Source: an uncultured Verrucomicrobiae bacterium
GTDB taxonomy: Bacteria > Verrucomicrobiota > Verrucomicrobiia > Chthoniobacterales > JAATET01
Reading direction: 5' to 3'
Assembly (NCBI GenBank): GCA_963719495.1
Contig: CAVRCI010000004.1
Coordinates: forward strand, 224,001-288,000
Length of the DNA stretch: 64,000 bases
Position numbers and translations under genes: made by a program. The notes under the pieces are model-generated. The model did not search any database and had not been told where the DNA came from. It saw only the letters and a program-made list of their open reading frames with translations. This document shows, piece after piece, positions 53,648 to 64,000 of the stretch (positions are counted from its first letter, which is position 1; each line of letters begins with the position of its first letter).

Positions 53648-55497
53648 AGGCGGGAGATGAGGAGTTCTCTCTGGAAGACGAGTTCTTTGGGGAGGTGGGC
53701 GTAGAGGCGCATGAAGAGTTCGTCCTGGAGAACGAGTTCGCGGTGCCAATCCTCGGGGCTGATCGTTTGGATCTCGGTGAAGGCGTCCTCGGTCATTTCG
53801 TCCTCGAGGCCGCGGAGGTCGAGGTCCTTGTATTCGGGGACCCAGCCGATGGAGGTCTCGAGCGCGTGGGCGCCGAAGCCGCAGCGCTGGACGATCCACT
53901 TGAGGACGCGCATGTTGTCGCCGAAGCCGGGCCACATGAATTCACCTTCGGGATTCTTGCGGAACCAATTGACGTGGAAGATGCGGGGAATGTGTTTCAC
54001 GGTGCCGCGCATCTCGAGCCAGTGGGCGAAGTATTCGCCCATGTTGTAGCCGCAGAAGGGGAGCATCGCCATGGGGTCGCGGCGGACGGAGCCGGCGGTG
54101 CCCTCGGCGGCGGCGGTCATTTCGGAGCCGACGGTGGCTCCGAGGTAGACGCCGTGGACCCAGTTGAAAGACTGGAAGACGAGCGGCATGGTGGTGGCGC
54201 GGCGTCCGCCGAAGATCATGGCGCTGATCGGGACGCCGTCGGGGTTTTCCCAATCGGGGTCGATGATCGGGCAATTGGAGGCCGGGGCGGTGAAGCGGCT
54301 GTTTGGGTGGCTGGAGAGAATTTTTTTGCCGGCGTCGTCGGTGCGGCCGGGCGTCCAGTCGTTGCCGTGCCAGTCGACGAGGTGGGCGGGAGCTTCTTTG
54401 GTCATTCCCTCCCACCAGACGTCGCCATCGTCGGTGAGCGCGACGTTCGTGAAGATCGTGCCGCTCTTGATGGAATCCATCGCCATGGGGTTAGACGAAT
54501 ACGAGGTGCCGGGGGCGACGCCGAAGAAGCCGGCTTCGGGATTGATGGCGTGGAAGCGGCCGTCGGCGGCGGGTTTGATCCAGGCGATGTCGTCGCCGAC
54601 GCAACTGATTTCCCAGCCTTCGTCCGCGAGTTCCTTCGGCGGGATGAGCATCGCGAAATTGGTCTTGCCGCAGGCGCTCGGGAAGGCGGCGGTGACGTAG
54701 GTCTTCGTGCCGGACGGGTCTTTCACTCCGAGGATGAGCATGTGCTCGGCCATCCAGCCTTCGTCGCGGGCCATGACGCTGGCGATGCGGAGCGCGAAGC
54801 ATTTTTTACCGAGGAGGGCATTGCCGCCGTAGCCGGAGCCGTAGCTCATGATGAGGCGTTCTTCGGGGAAGTGGGTGATGTGGGTGTCGGCTGGGTTGCA
54901 GGGCCAGGGGACGTCGGTGTCGCCGGGGGCGAGCGGGGCGCCGACGGAGTGGAGGCATTTGACGAAAAACCCGTCGGTGCCGATGTGCTCGAGCACGGCG
55001 GCGCCCATGCGGGTCATGATGCGCATGTTCGCGACGACGTAGGGGCTGTCGCTGATCTCGACGCCGTATTGCGCGATGGGCGAGCCGAGCGGGCCCATGC
55101 AGAACGGGACGACGTAGAGGGTGCGTCCGCGCATGCAGCCTTGGAAAAGGCCGTGGAGCTTGGTCTTCATCGTCGAGGGTTCCTCCCAATTATTGGTCGG
55201 GCCGGCGTCCTTTGCCGTGCGGGAGCAGATGAAGGTGCGGCTCTCGACGCGGGCGACGTCGCGGGGGTCGGAGCGGACGAGGACGGAATCGGGGCGCTTG
55301 GTTTCGTCGAGCCAGACGGCGGCTCCGGAGTCGACGAGGAGCTGGCGCATGCGCTTGTCCTCCTCGGGCGATCCGTCGCAGAGGACGACGTCGGCGGGCT
55401 CGGTGAGCGTGGCGATTTCGGCGACCCAGGCTTGGAGGTGCGGGTGGGCGGGGCAGAGGGTCTGGAGTTTTTCGACGAGGGAGAGGCTGGAATTCAT
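53644..55497 (-). CDS. pckG: phosphoenolpyruvate carboxykinase (GTP)
   Basis: [47 protein letters not shown]. Confidence 0.97.
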   Translation of the reverse strand: MNSSLSLVEKLQTLCPAHPHLQAWVAEIATLTEPADVVLCDGSPEEDKRMRQLLVDSGAAVWLDETKRPDSVLVRSDPRDVARVESRTFICSRTAKDAGPTNNWEEPSTMKTKLHGLFQGCMRGRTLYVVPFCMGPLGSPIAQYGVEISDSPYVVANMRIMTRMGAAVLEHIGTDGFFVKCLHSVGAPLAPGDTDVPWPCNPADTHITHFPEERLIMSYGSGYGGNALLGKKCFALRIASVMARDEGWMAEHMLILGVKDPSGTKTYVTAAFPSACGKTNFAMLIPPKELADEGWEISCVGDDIAWIKPAADGRFHAINPEAGFFGVAPGTSYSSNPMAMDSIKSGTIFTNVALTDDGDVWWEGMTKEAPAHLVDWHGNDWTPGRTDDAGKKILSSHPNSRFTAPASNCPIIDPDWENPDGVPISAMIFGGRRATTMPLVFQSFNWVHGVYLGATVGSEMTAAAEGTAGSVRRDPMAMLPFCGYNMGEYFAHWLEMRGTVKHIPRIFHVNWFRKNPEGEFMWPGFGDNMRVLKWIVQRCGFGAHALETSIGWVPEYKDLDLRGLEDEMTEDAFTEIQTISPEDWHRELVLQDELFMRLYAHLPKELVFQRELLISRL

Positions 55498-55599
55498 TGG
55501 GGCGGGCGTGGGTTTGGAGCCGACCAGTTCACTGGGCGGGGGGCGGGGGGGCAAGGAAGTTCGGGGGAAGTGCCGCCTTCGGCGGATAGGTTTGGTGTC

Positions 55600-55645
55600 T
55601 CGGGCGGGACGCCCTCGACGGCAGGCGGGACGCCCGCCGCTCCCC
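55600..55645. repeat. REP-like repeat
   Basis: Tandem GGCGGGACGCCC units ending GCCGCTCCC. Confidence 0.55.
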
Positions 55646-55720
55646 AGCTCCCGTCCGCGGGATTCGTTCATGCTTCGACTTGTGCGAAGGCTCTGGCGCG
55701 GATACTTTTTTGCTCTTACG

Positions 55721-56584
55721 ATGATCGGTGGACAAAACTCTGAGGATTACTATCCGATCACTTGGGTCGGGCGGTTTCCCGTTTATCTGACGACCCTGCT
55801 GGTCGCGGTGCACGCGGCGTGTTTGGTGGCGACGGCTTTGCTGCTGGGCTTTGGCGGGGAGGGGCTGGTGCGGGCGCTGACGTTTTCGAGTGTCAGCGTG
55901 CTCGCGGATTTCACGATCTGGCAGTTCGTGACTTACGCGTTCGTCAGCGATCCTCGGGGGGCGATCTGGTTTCTTGTCGGGTTGTATTTCCTGTTCGTCT
56001 TCGGACGGGAGGTGGAGAAATTTCTCGGGCGGAAGGCTTTCATTTATCTCTACCTTGCGTTGCTGTTGGCGGCGCCATTGGTGCTGATGGCGGCGGGGGC
56101 TCTCGGGTATCCGCAGGTTTATCAGGGGGCCAGCGCGATTCATTTTGGGATCTTCATCGCGTTCGTCGTGATCTACCCGAGCGCGGAGATTTTTTTCGGG
56201 ATCCAAGCCAAGTGGGTTGCGCTCGTGCTGCTCGGCATCAATTCGCTGCAATACCTGCCGGTTAATGATTGGGCCGGGCTGAGCGTGCTCTGGGTCGAGG
56301 TCGGCTGCGCCTACGGGATGATGCGATTGCGCGGGGTGAGTGGTTTTGGGATGCCGTTCGAGACTTGGGAAATGCCGCGCGAGCGGCCGGTGAAGCGGGG
56401 TCCGGCGAAGTCGGCGCGATCCGCGAGGGCCGCGAAAACGGAGGAGGAGGATCCCTACGCTTCGATCGATCCGCTGTTGGAAAAAATCTCCCGGGCGGGC
56501 ATCGGCAGCCTGACGAAGCGGGAGCGCGAGCGGCTGGAAAAGGCGCGCGAGGTGTTGCTCGAGCGGGAGAAGAAGGTCTCGTGA
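55721..56584 (+). CDS. rhomboid-family membrane protein with C-terminal DUF6576-like domain
   Basis: [41 protein letters not shown]. Confidence 0.8.
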   Translation: MIGGQNSEDYYPITWVGRFPVYLTTLLVAVHAACLVATALLLGFGGEGLVRALTFSSVSVLADFTIWQFVTYAFVSDPRGAIWFLVGLYFLFVFGREVEKFLGRKAFIYLYLALLLAAPLVLMAAGALGYPQVYQGASAIHFGIFIAFVVIYPSAEIFFGIQAKWVALVLLGINSLQYLPVNDWAGLSVLWVEVGCAYGMMRLRGVSGFGMPFETWEMPRERPVKRGPAKSARSARAAKTEEEDPYASIDPLLEKISRAGIGSLTKRERERLEKAREVLLEREKKVS

Positions 56585-57309
56585 GCGACGGAGGCGAGGA
56601 AGCCAAGCCGAGAATGCGCGAGGCGGGTTCCAGCGGGATGCCGCTGCCGAGCTTGAAAGATCCGTGCTACGTGAATGCGATGATTCACCTATATCGCGGG
56701 GAGTTGGGGCGAATCATGATCTGGCGTCAGCGCCTGGACGTGACGACGACGTGGGCGATCACGAGCACGACGACGATCGTGACGGTGGCGTATTCGTTCC
56801 CGTCGATCCCGCACATCATCTTCTTTTTCAACATCGCGCTCGTGTCGGTGATGTTGTGGATCGAGGCGCGACGGTTTCGGTTTTACGACGCGTTTCGCGG
56901 GCGGGTGCGGATGCTCGAGTCGCACTTCATGATGCCGATGATCGCGCAGAGCGACCGGTTGCTCGAAGGGGAGTGGCGGCGGTTGGTGTGTCAGGATCTG
57001 GTGTTGCCGTGCTTCAAGATTTCGAAACTCGAGGCGGTGGGGCGGCGGATGAAGCGGAATTACGTCTTCATCTACGCGATCATCATGGTCGCGTGGCTCG
57101 GCAAGGTCTTCATGCACGCGGACCCGCCGATCACGGGAATCGGGAGTTTTTACGACGCGTTGGCGGTGCAGGCGCTGCCGGCGTGGTTGGCGGCGGTGAT
57201 CTTTGGGACGACGGTGCTGGGCGTGTCGGCGCTGACGATTTACGTGATTGGGCGGACGCCGGAGGAAGTGTCGGAATTCGGTGGCAAGGCGTCGTTGTGG
57301 CGGACGTGA
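56581..57309 (+). CDS. DUF2270 family membrane protein
   Basis: HLYRGELGR..WRQRLDVTTTWA, IEARRFRFYD. Confidence 0.88.
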   Translation: MSDGGEEAKPRMREAGSSGMPLPSLKDPCYVNAMIHLYRGELGRIMIWRQRLDVTTTWAITSTTTIVTVAYSFPSIPHIIFFFNIALVSVMLWIEARRFRFYDAFRGRVRMLESHFMMPMIAQSDRLLEGEWRRLVCQDLVLPCFKISKLEAVGRRMKRNYVFIYAIIMVAWLGKVFMHADPPITGIGSFYDALAVQALPAWLAAVIFGTTVLGVSALTIYVIGRTPEEVSEFGGKASLWRT

Positions 57310-58079
57310 GCGGATCGGTCGCCCGGCTGCGGGAGATTTGCGCGCGATTGCGCGCGCCGGACGGGTGCGCGTGGGATCGCGAGCAGACGCACGCGTCGCT
57401 CAAGTCGGCGCTGGTCGAAGAGTGCTACGAAGTGATCGATGCGATCGACGCGGGGGACGACGTGAATTTCTGCGAGGAACTCGGCGACCTGCTGCTGCAC
57501 GTCGTGATGCACTCCGAGATGGCGGCGGAGCGGGAGGCGTTCGCGTTCGACGCGGTGGTGGACGGGATTTGTGAGAAATTGATCCGGCGGCATCCGCACG
57601 TTTTCGGCGACGCGACGGCGTCGGGATCGGACGAGGTGCTGCGGCAGTGGGAGCAAATCAAACGCGCCGAGAAGGGCGACGGAGCGTCCGTGATGGATGG
57701 ACTGCCGAAGGCGCTGCCGGCGCTGATGCGGGCGCAGAAAGTTCAGAAGAAGGCGGCGCGAGTGGGCTTCGATTGGGATGGGGTCGGGCCGGTCTTCGGG
57801 AAGGTGGCCGAGGAAAGCGAGGAGGTGCGGATGGCCGCCGAGTCGGGCGACGCGGACGCCGTGCGCGAGGAATTGGGCGATCTGCTCTTCAGCGTCGTGA
57901 ATTTGTCGCGGAAGCTGGGCGTCGACGCCGAACTCGCTCTGACGGAAGCGACGAACAAATTCGCGCGCCGCTTCCGCGGCGTCGAGTCGGCGGTGCGGGC
58001 GACGGGGCGAGCCGTCGAAGATTGTTCGTTGGTGGAGCTCGACGCGCATTGGGACGCCGGGAAAGCGGCTCGAGGGTAA
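57306..58079 (+). CDS. mazG: nucleoside triphosphate pyrophosphohydrolase
   Basis: GCAWDREQTH, EELGDLLL, KLIRRHPHVF, second EELGDLLF. Confidence 0.94.
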   Translation: MSGSVARLREICARLRAPDGCAWDREQTHASLKSALVEECYEVIDAIDAGDDVNFCEELGDLLLHVVMHSEMAAEREAFAFDAVVDGICEKLIRRHPHVFGDATASGSDEVLRQWEQIKRAEKGDGASVMDGLPKALPALMRAQKVQKKAARVGFDWDGVGPVFGKVAEESEEVRMAAESGDADAVREELGDLLFSVVNLSRKLGVDAELALTEATNKFARRFRGVESAVRATGRAVEDCSLVELDAHWDAGKAARG

Positions 58080-58082
58080 ACC

Positions 58083-59084
58083 GTGTTTGCGGTGTTGAAT
58101 CCCCGGGGGCGCGACCCCGAGCAGCTGTTTGCGGAAGGCGCGGGAGTGCCGGACGACGACGCGCACCCACCGGTGAATTACCACGGATACGCGGCGTGCC
58201 TGCGGGGTGGATTTTACCGCAGCGTGGACCGCGTGCCGGAGTCGGCGACGGACGTGCTGGTGTTGCTGCGGAAAAAAAACCTGCGCGCCGCGCTCGGGTC
58301 GATCGCCACGATCCGGGCGCGCGGTGGGCGGGCCTGGGTGTCGCTCAAGGAATCGGGACAGCACCAGATCGCGGATTTTCTCGACGACCCGGTGCGGCTG
58401 GAATTGTTCTTTGAGATCGCGGAGCGGGCGACCGGCTACGTGTCCAGCACGGGTCCGGCGCAGACCGTGTATCGGAACGCGGGGTTCGCGCGCGGGGCTT
58501 TCGTTCCGACGCCGTATCCGGTCGCGGAGGATGCGTGGGATTTTGGGATTCCTCTGGGGGAGCGGAACGGGATTTTCATTGGGACGCGGGAGTTCGACGT
58601 GCCGAGCCGACGGCACGCGGAGACGCTACTGGCGGCCGAGCGGCTTTCGCGGCGGCTTGAAGTGCCGGTGGCCGTGGTCAACTTGGTCGGGCGAACGGGC
58701 GGGATGCGGCTCAACCGGATCCGGCGGGATAATCCGCTGTTTTTCATCATCGACGGGCCACTGGATTATCCGATGTATCTGCGGCTGATGGCGTCGCACC
58801 GGGTGGCGTTTCAGCTCGATCGGAGCGCGGTGCCGGGGCAGGTCGCGGGCGACGCGTTGCTGGCCCGGATGCCGTGCGTCGGCGGGAACGGGGCGATCGA
58901 CGAGTTGGTCTTTGGCGACGACGCCGGGCTGGACACGAAGGCGGCCGTGGCGAGGGTCGAGGAGCTTCTCGCCGACGATGCGGCTCACGCCCGCGCGGTC
59001 GGGGCGGCGTTGGACCGGGCGGCGGAGAGCGTGTCGTTCGCGGCGGGGGCGGCGCGTCTGCGGGCGCTATTCGACGGGGAGTGA
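58083..59084 (+). CDS. hypothetical protein, possible divergent GT-B glycosyltransferase
   Basis: C-terminal QLDRSAVPGQVAGDALLARMPCVGGNG resembles the GT4 nucleotide-binding motif. Confidence 0.55.
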   Translation: MFAVLNPRGRDPEQLFAEGAGVPDDDAHPPVNYHGYAACLRGGFYRSVDRVPESATDVLVLLRKKNLRAALGSIATIRARGGRAWVSLKESGQHQIADFLDDPVRLELFFEIAERATGYVSSTGPAQTVYRNAGFARGAFVPTPYPVAEDAWDFGIPLGERNGIFIGTREFDVPSRRHAETLLAAERLSRRLEVPVAVVNLVGRTGGMRLNRIRRDNPLFFIIDGPLDYPMYLRLMASHRVAFQLDRSAVPGQVAGDALLARMPCVGGNGAIDELVFGDDAGLDTKAAVARVEELLADDAAHARAVGAALDRAAESVSFAAGAARLRALFDGE

Positions 59085-60272
59085 CTCGCCGCGAAGATCG
59101 AGGACGCGGACGATCGTCTCTTCGATGAGGTTGTTCGGGCAGGAGGCTCCGGCGGTGATGCCGACGGTGAGGGGACCGTCGATCGGCAGCCAGGCGGAGC
59201 GGGTCCGCTCGGTGTGCGACCGGAGGTCGAAGCAGTCGATGAGGTCGGCGGAGTGCAGGCACCCGGAGTTGCGGACGAAGTAGGTCGGCACCGAGCGCTC
59301 GCCGATTTCCGCGAGGTGGGTGGTGTTCGAGCTGTTGTAACCGCCCACGACGAGGAGGAGGTCGAGTCGGTCGTCGAGCAGCCCGAAGAGGGCGTCCTGA
59401 CGGTCCTGGGTCGCGCCGCAGATCGTGTCGAAGAAGCGAAAATTATCCGCCGCGCCCGCGTCGCGCTCTTCGATGGCGGCGCGGAGGCGCCGCTGGACCT
59501 CTTCGGTTTCGCTGCGGAGCATCGTGGTCTGATTCGCCACGCCGACGCGTTGCAGGTGGAGGTCGGGGTCGAAGCCCGGCGACGTGGCGTTTGCAAAGTG
59601 CTCGAGGAACGCGGTCCGGTCGCCGCGACCGCGGATGTAGTCGCCGACCAGCTCGGTCTCCGCGAGATCGAGAACGACGAGGTAGTGGCCCTTCCCGTCG
59701 CCGAGCGCGCGCGAGGCGGTGGCCCGGGTCTCCTCGTGGGCGGATTTGCCGTGGATGATCGAGGTGACGTCCTCGCGGGAATTCTGGCGCACGCGTTTCC
59801 ACACGCTCATCACGTCGCCGCAGGTCGTGTCGACGATCTGGCAGCCGATCTGCTTGATGCCGTTGATGATCTGAATCTCGCTGCCGAAGGCCGGGACGAT
59901 CACGACGTCGTCCGGCGTGAGGGTCGCGAGGTCGGCCTCGGCGTTGGTCCCAATGAGGTTGAGAATGCCCATGGCGGCGATCTGCTGATTGACGTCGGGG
60001 TTGTGGATGATCTCGCCGAGGATGAAGATCCGGCGTTCGGGGAAGACCTTGCGCGCGGCGTAAGCGAGGTCGATCGCGCGTTCGACTCCGTAGCAAAATC
60101 CAAACTCCTTCGCGAGCCGCACGGTGGTCGCGCCGACCTTCATCGAGCCGGCCTCGGCGCGAATTCGTTCGACGAGCGAGCTGCGGTAGTGGCGTTCCAC
60201 CTCGGCCTGGACGCGCTCCATGACTTCGGGGGTGCGGAGGTTCACGCGGGGTGGCTTGACGGGTGCGGACAC
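59067..60272 (-). CDS. ispH: 4-hydroxy-3-methylbut-2-enyl diphosphate reductase
   Basis: FGFCYGVERA, IIHN, DTTCG, NQTT, DTICGATQDRQ, SSNT, TAGASCP. Confidence 0.95.
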   Translation of the reverse strand: MSAPVKPPRVNLRTPEVMERVQAEVERHYRSSLVERIRAEAGSMKVGATTVRLAKEFGFCYGVERAIDLAYAARKVFPERRIFILGEIIHNPDVNQQIAAMGILNLIGTNAEADLATLTPDDVVIVPAFGSEIQIINGIKQIGCQIVDTTCGDVMSVWKRVRQNSREDVTSIIHGKSAHEETRATASRALGDGKGHYLVVLDLAETELVGDYIRGRGDRTAFLEHFANATSPGFDPDLHLQRVGVANQTTMLRSETEEVQRRLRAAIEERDAGAADNFRFFDTICGATQDRQDALFGLLDDRLDLLLVVGGYNSSNTTHLAEIGERSVPTYFVRNSGCLHSADLIDCFDLRSHTERTRSAWLPIDGPLTVGITAGASCPNNLIEETIVRVLDLRGESLPVE

Positions 60273-60388
60273 GGCTCTGAGGAACGGCAAATTGGCGATT
60301 TTGTCAAACGTGAGGCTTTCGCCCGATCTGGCTTTGAACTGAGAAAACGACTGGAAACGGCGATGATTCGTGGCCATCTTCTCCCCGT

Positions 60389-61963
60389 ATGTCCGAAGAG
60401 CCAAATTCTCCCGCCCGCTTTCCCATCTGGATCATTGGAGTCGTCATCGGCGTTGTCGTGGGTGGCGCGCTGATCTTCGGCCTGAGCCGATCGTCGGCGC
60501 CGATGGATGAGACGCTCGCAGTGCCCGTGGCCGACGGAGCCGCGCCCTTGGCGCCGGCCATGACCGTCGGGCCGACGGGTGCCGTCGCTCCCGCCATGAT
60601 CGTCGACGACGGGGCCACGATCGAGGAATGGGAGGCGCGAATCGCCGCGGCGACGCCGGAGAAATACGCCGATCTGATGGCGCAGGCGGTCAAGATCGGC
60701 GACGCCGGGGTGCGCCAGCAAGCTGTCCAGAAATTACTCCTCACGTGGTTGAACGCCGACCAGCCCGGTTTCCTGGACTTCCTCGACGACGCGGAGTTCA
60801 GCGAATCCGAGGGCAGCGAATTCTGGCCCGCGCTCGTCCCGGCCGCCGCCGAGGTGCTGCCGAGTGTGAGCGAGGCCGCGGCGGGTCAGCCCGATCTCGA
60901 CGAGATCGTGCAGTGGATGGTCGAATACTACGCCGAGATGGATCCCGCGCAGGCCGCCGAGTGGGCGAACAAATGGCTGCTCGACGATTCGAAGAACTAC
61001 GCGCTGGCGACCATCGCCGGCGAGCTGGCGACCCAATCGCTCGCCGACGCCGAGACTCTCCTGGCGGGAATCGAATCGCCCGACGCGCGACTCGAGGCCG
61101 TGATGAACATCGGGGCGACTCTGGCGCAATCCGACAGCGACGCCGCCCTCGAGTGGGCGCGGAGCCTGCCGAACGAAGAGGAGCGATCCTCCGCGCTCGA
61201 GGAGGTTCTCTGGAGCATGTCGGAGACCGATCCGAGTGAGGCCGCGGCGCAAATCGTGGCATCCGGCGATCCGGGTCAGCTCGACGCGGTGAGCGGATCG
61301 ATCGCCGAGGAATGGGCGATCAAGGAGCCGAAGAAAGCGGTGGACTGGGCCGAGACCCTCCCGGCGGGAGCGGCGCGCGAAGAGGCGATTCAAGGTGCGC
61401 TCGCGGGCTGGGCGGAGAACGACCCCAAGGCCGCGTTCGCCTATTATCAGCAGAACTACGGGACGAACCTCGAGACCGCTGAGTGGATTTTCGATTCCTG
61501 GGCCTTCAACGATCCGCAGACCGCCGCGACCGAGGTGCTCAAAATTTCGAACCCGCGGATGCGGGAGCGCGCCGTCTCCGGAGTCGTCAGCGGCTGGCTG
61601 GACGAGGGGTCGACCACGGAGGCGGTCGAGCGCTGGGTCGACGCCTTGCCTCCGGGCCGCGAGCGGGACCAGGCCTCCTTCGCGATCGTCGACATGCTGA
61701 GCTTCGACTCGCCGAACGAGGCGTGGACGCGGGCGGCGACCATCCGCGAACCCGAAGTCCGGAGCGAAGCGATCCAGTCGGCTTTCGCCGGGTTGGTCGA
61801 CGTCGATCCGGCCCGGGCCCGCACCGTGCTGAACAATTCGAACCTGTCGCCGGACGAGATCCGGCAGCTCGAGGGCCAGCTCGAGGGCGGATCGATCGGC
61901 GGACCGACCCCGGGCGCGCAGACGCAGCCGCCGACGGCCCCGAGCATTCCCCAGGCACCCTGA
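60389..61963 (+). CDS. membrane-anchored helical-repeat protein
   Basis: N-terminal TM; repeats W...DP..A..W...LP. Confidence 0.8.
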   Translation: MSEEPNSPARFPIWIIGVVIGVVVGGALIFGLSRSSAPMDETLAVPVADGAAPLAPAMTVGPTGAVAPAMIVDDGATIEEWEARIAAATPEKYADLMAQAVKIGDAGVRQQAVQKLLLTWLNADQPGFLDFLDDAEFSESEGSEFWPALVPAAAEVLPSVSEAAAGQPDLDEIVQWMVEYYAEMDPAQAAEWANKWLLDDSKNYALATIAGELATQSLADAETLLAGIESPDARLEAVMNIGATLAQSDSDAALEWARSLPNEEERSSALEEVLWSMSETDPSEAAAQIVASGDPGQLDAVSGSIAEEWAIKEPKKAVDWAETLPAGAAREEAIQGALAGWAENDPKAAFAYYQQNYGTNLETAEWIFDSWAFNDPQTAATEVLKISNPRMRERAVSGVVSGWLDEGSTTEAVERWVDALPPGRERDQASFAIVDMLSFDSPNEAWTRAATIREPEVRSEAIQSAFAGLVDVDPARARTVLNNSNLSPDEIRQLEGQLEGGSIGGPTPGAQTQPPTAPSIPQAP

Positions 61964-62006
61964 TGCGGGGGGGAATTCTGTTGCTTCGGATGGCTCGCGG
62001 ACTACG

Positions 62007-62543
62007 GTGCCCCGCCTGATGATCCGCGAAGACGATTTTCACTACGCCCTAGAGAACACTCGCGTCGTTCGGCAGCCGAATCAGAAGATTCAGACCTTCG
62101 GCACGACGAGCTTCCGCTTTCATCTCGTGACCGAGCTGATGGATCAGATCGACCGGGTCCGCGTGCGGGGCGGCCGCATCGAGGCCCAGAAGCCGACCAT
62201 CGTCTCGCCGCATAACATGTCGAAGCTGATGCTCGACGGCTTCGGCGACGAAGCGAGGGAGTATGCCGATTGGCTGGAGTCGCAGGGGAGGCCGTTGCAA
62301 TTTCTCAAGTACGGTTTCGAGTTTCGGAAGACCAACGTCACCGAGGAGATCGTCCACGCGCCCAAGGAAGAGATCCTGAACCGGATCGCGGCGGAGATGG
62401 ATTCGCGCGACGATCCGATGGAAGCCCTCATCGACGGCGTGGACGACACCTGGGAAGTGTGTCTGCTGAAATTCACCGTCGATCTCATCGCGGAGTCGTC
62501 CGGCGAGAACGTGGAGGACTGGAAGCGGCGCGGCTTGTTGTGA
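62007..62543 (+). CDS. hypothetical protein
   Basis: Globular-looking 178-aa ORF with normal codon bias. Confidence 0.75.
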   Translation: MPRLMIREDDFHYALENTRVVRQPNQKIQTFGTTSFRFHLVTELMDQIDRVRVRGGRIEAQKPTIVSPHNMSKLMLDGFGDEAREYADWLESQGRPLQFLKYGFEFRKTNVTEEIVHAPKEEILNRIAAEMDSRDDPMEALIDGVDDTWEVCLLKFTVDLIAESSGENVEDWKRRGLL

Positions 62544-62606
62544 GCGGCGCGGCGTGAAGGAGTTAGGCCTTTTCAGCCAGCCCTCCGTTCGGCAGTCTTT
62601 CCGGCA

Positions 62607-63455
62607 ATGAGGCTCGTCAAGGTTGTCGTATTGCTGCTCGTGGTGCTCGGTGTTTTCGGGGGCGCGGCTTTCTTCGCCTACAAGATGTTCGTCGAGCCGG
62701 CGGAGCTCGACCGGGAAGCTGAGATCCGGCAGGAGAACGCACCCGCGCCGACCCCGCTACCCGACTACAGTATCCCACGTTTTGAAGAGGCGCTCGCGAA
62801 AGCGAAGGCCGGGACCGTGCCCGAGGCGCAGGAAACGTTGCGGAATTTCATCGCCGCCTACCCGAAGTCGACCAGGTTGCCGGACGCGAAGGCCGAGCTG
62901 GGGCGAATCAACGTCCAGGAGATTTTCGCGGTGGGCGAGTCGCCCAAGAAGACGATCTATACGGTGCTCAGCGGCGATTCGCTGCTCAAGATCGCGGGCA
63001 AGACCGACTCGAATGGCGAACTGATCATGCGGGCGAACAATCTGCTCTCAATCGATCTGCGGATCGGCCAGACGCTCGTCGTGCCCAAGGTCGCGATGAG
63101 CATCTTCGTCGACCGGGAGGCGAAGACGCTCACGCTGCTCGACGGGGGGAACTTTTTTAAGGAATACCCGGTGCTTTCGCTCAAGGCGAGCGGCTCGGTC
63201 GGGACGCCGGTCGACGCGACCGTGAGCGACCGGCTGGCCATGCGGGAGTCGGACCGGGTGGCCTTCGGCAGCGGCGGCTACGCGGGCTCCGAGCGCTGGT
63301 TGATGTTGAGCGGCGGCGACGTCATCCGCGGCGTGAAGCGCGAAGCCGACGGGAGCATGCCATCGCCGCCGCCGCCCGGCATCGTCCTGGCGAACGAGGA
63401 TATGACCGAGATTTTTCCGTTGGTCGGCCGTGGGGCCGCCGTCACCATCCAGTAG
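62607..63455 (+). CDS. TM + TPR + LysM + YkuD-like protein
   Basis: YTVLSGDSLLKIA...NNL...LRIGQTLVVP LysM; IFVDREAKTLTL...KEYPV YkuD N-terminus. Confidence 0.82.
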   Translation: MRLVKVVVLLLVVLGVFGGAAFFAYKMFVEPAELDREAEIRQENAPAPTPLPDYSIPRFEEALAKAKAGTVPEAQETLRNFIAAYPKSTRLPDAKAELGRINVQEIFAVGESPKKTIYTVLSGDSLLKIAGKTDSNGELIMRANNLLSIDLRIGQTLVVPKVAMSIFVDREAKTLTLLDGGNFFKEYPVLSLKASGSVGTPVDATVSDRLAMRESDRVAFGSGGYAGSERWLMLSGGDVIRGVKREADGSMPSPPPPGIVLANEDMTEIFPLVGRGAAVTIQ

Positions 63456-63458
63456 ATC

Positions 63459-64000
63459 ATGAAAGTTCAGCCCTTGGAATTCGAGAAGCCGATCAGCGAA
63501 CTCGAGAACAAACTCGAAGACATCAAGAAGCACCTGAACGGGCAGGCCATTGACAGCGATCCCGAGGTGCAAAAGATCGCGGCCAAGATCGAGGAGACCC
63601 GCCGCGAGGTGTACGCGAACCTCACGTCCTGGCAGCGCGTTCAGATCGCGCGCCACACCCAGCGCCCCTATTTCCTGGATTACGTGAAGCACGTCTGCAC
63701 CGATTTTGTCGAGCTGCACGGCGACCGCCTCTACGGCGACGACGCCTCGATGCCCGCCGGGCTCGCGACGATCGGTGGCGAGCGCTGCGTGATTATCGGC
63801 CAACAGAAGGGCCGCGACGTGAAGGAGAATCTGCTGCGTAATTTCGGCAGTCCGCACCCGGAGGGCTACCGCAAGGCGCTGCGGCTGATGAAGCTGGCCG
63901 AGAAATTCGGCCTCCCGGTCGTCTGCCTCATCGACACGCCGGGTGCCTACCCGGGCGTCGGGGCCGAGGAGCGGCACATCGGCGAGTCCATCGCCGTGAA
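63459..64000 (+). CDS. accA: acetyl-CoA carboxylase carboxyltransferase alpha (3' truncated by window)
   Basis: LEFEKPISEL, WQRVQIARH..RP, ELHGDR, NFGSPHPEGYRKALRLM, IDTPGAYPG. Confidence 0.95.
   Translation, partial: MKVQPLEFEKPISELENKLEDIKKHLNGQAIDSDPEVQKIAAKIEETRREVYANLTSWQRVQIARHTQRPYFLDYVKHVCTDFVELHGDRLYGDDASMPAGLATIGGERCVIIGQQKGRDVKENLLRNFGSPHPEGYRKALRLMKLAEKFGLPVVCLIDTPGAYPGVGAEERHIGESIAV

Noticed and set aside
57306..58079. MazG as an anti-phage defence gene
   Set aside because: Two-domain housekeeping type in a core-gene context

Overview
This is a GC-rich bacterial chromosomal window. Gene content suggests Verrucomicrobiota (fused lpxC/fabZ, long GreA, GTP-PEPCK, PEP-CTERM-like tail); the taxonomy is an inference. 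Most of it is housekeeping: the 3' part of an aa3-type cytochrome c oxidase operon, hppA, SMUG1-type UDG, a CNNM pair, a CysJ-like reductase, mpl, greA-eno-ftsB-prfB (with the programmed +1 frameshift), lpxA, lpxC/fabZ, hisF, two Fur-family genes, lipB, ruvC, SRP RNA, argH, tatC, araBAD, pckG, mazG, ispH and accA. Accessory elements: (i) a solitary YefM-YoeB integron cassette bounded by two complementary half-attC sites that share a 28-bp direct repeat; (ii) a complete 1487-bp IS1202-like element with a 16-bp target duplication, whose transposase lacks a canonical start; (iii) a 147-bp CTAG-bounded MITE; (iv) many REP-like repeats, one family of which appears to supply SD+TTG translation starts; (v) a regulatory island of three paralogous sensor-LuxR proteins, a NarL-type regulator and a sensor-less histidine kinase, with two copies of a C7-ATTT-G6 palindrome each preceding a small membrane ORF. 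No CRISPR array, tRNA or rRNA was recognised.
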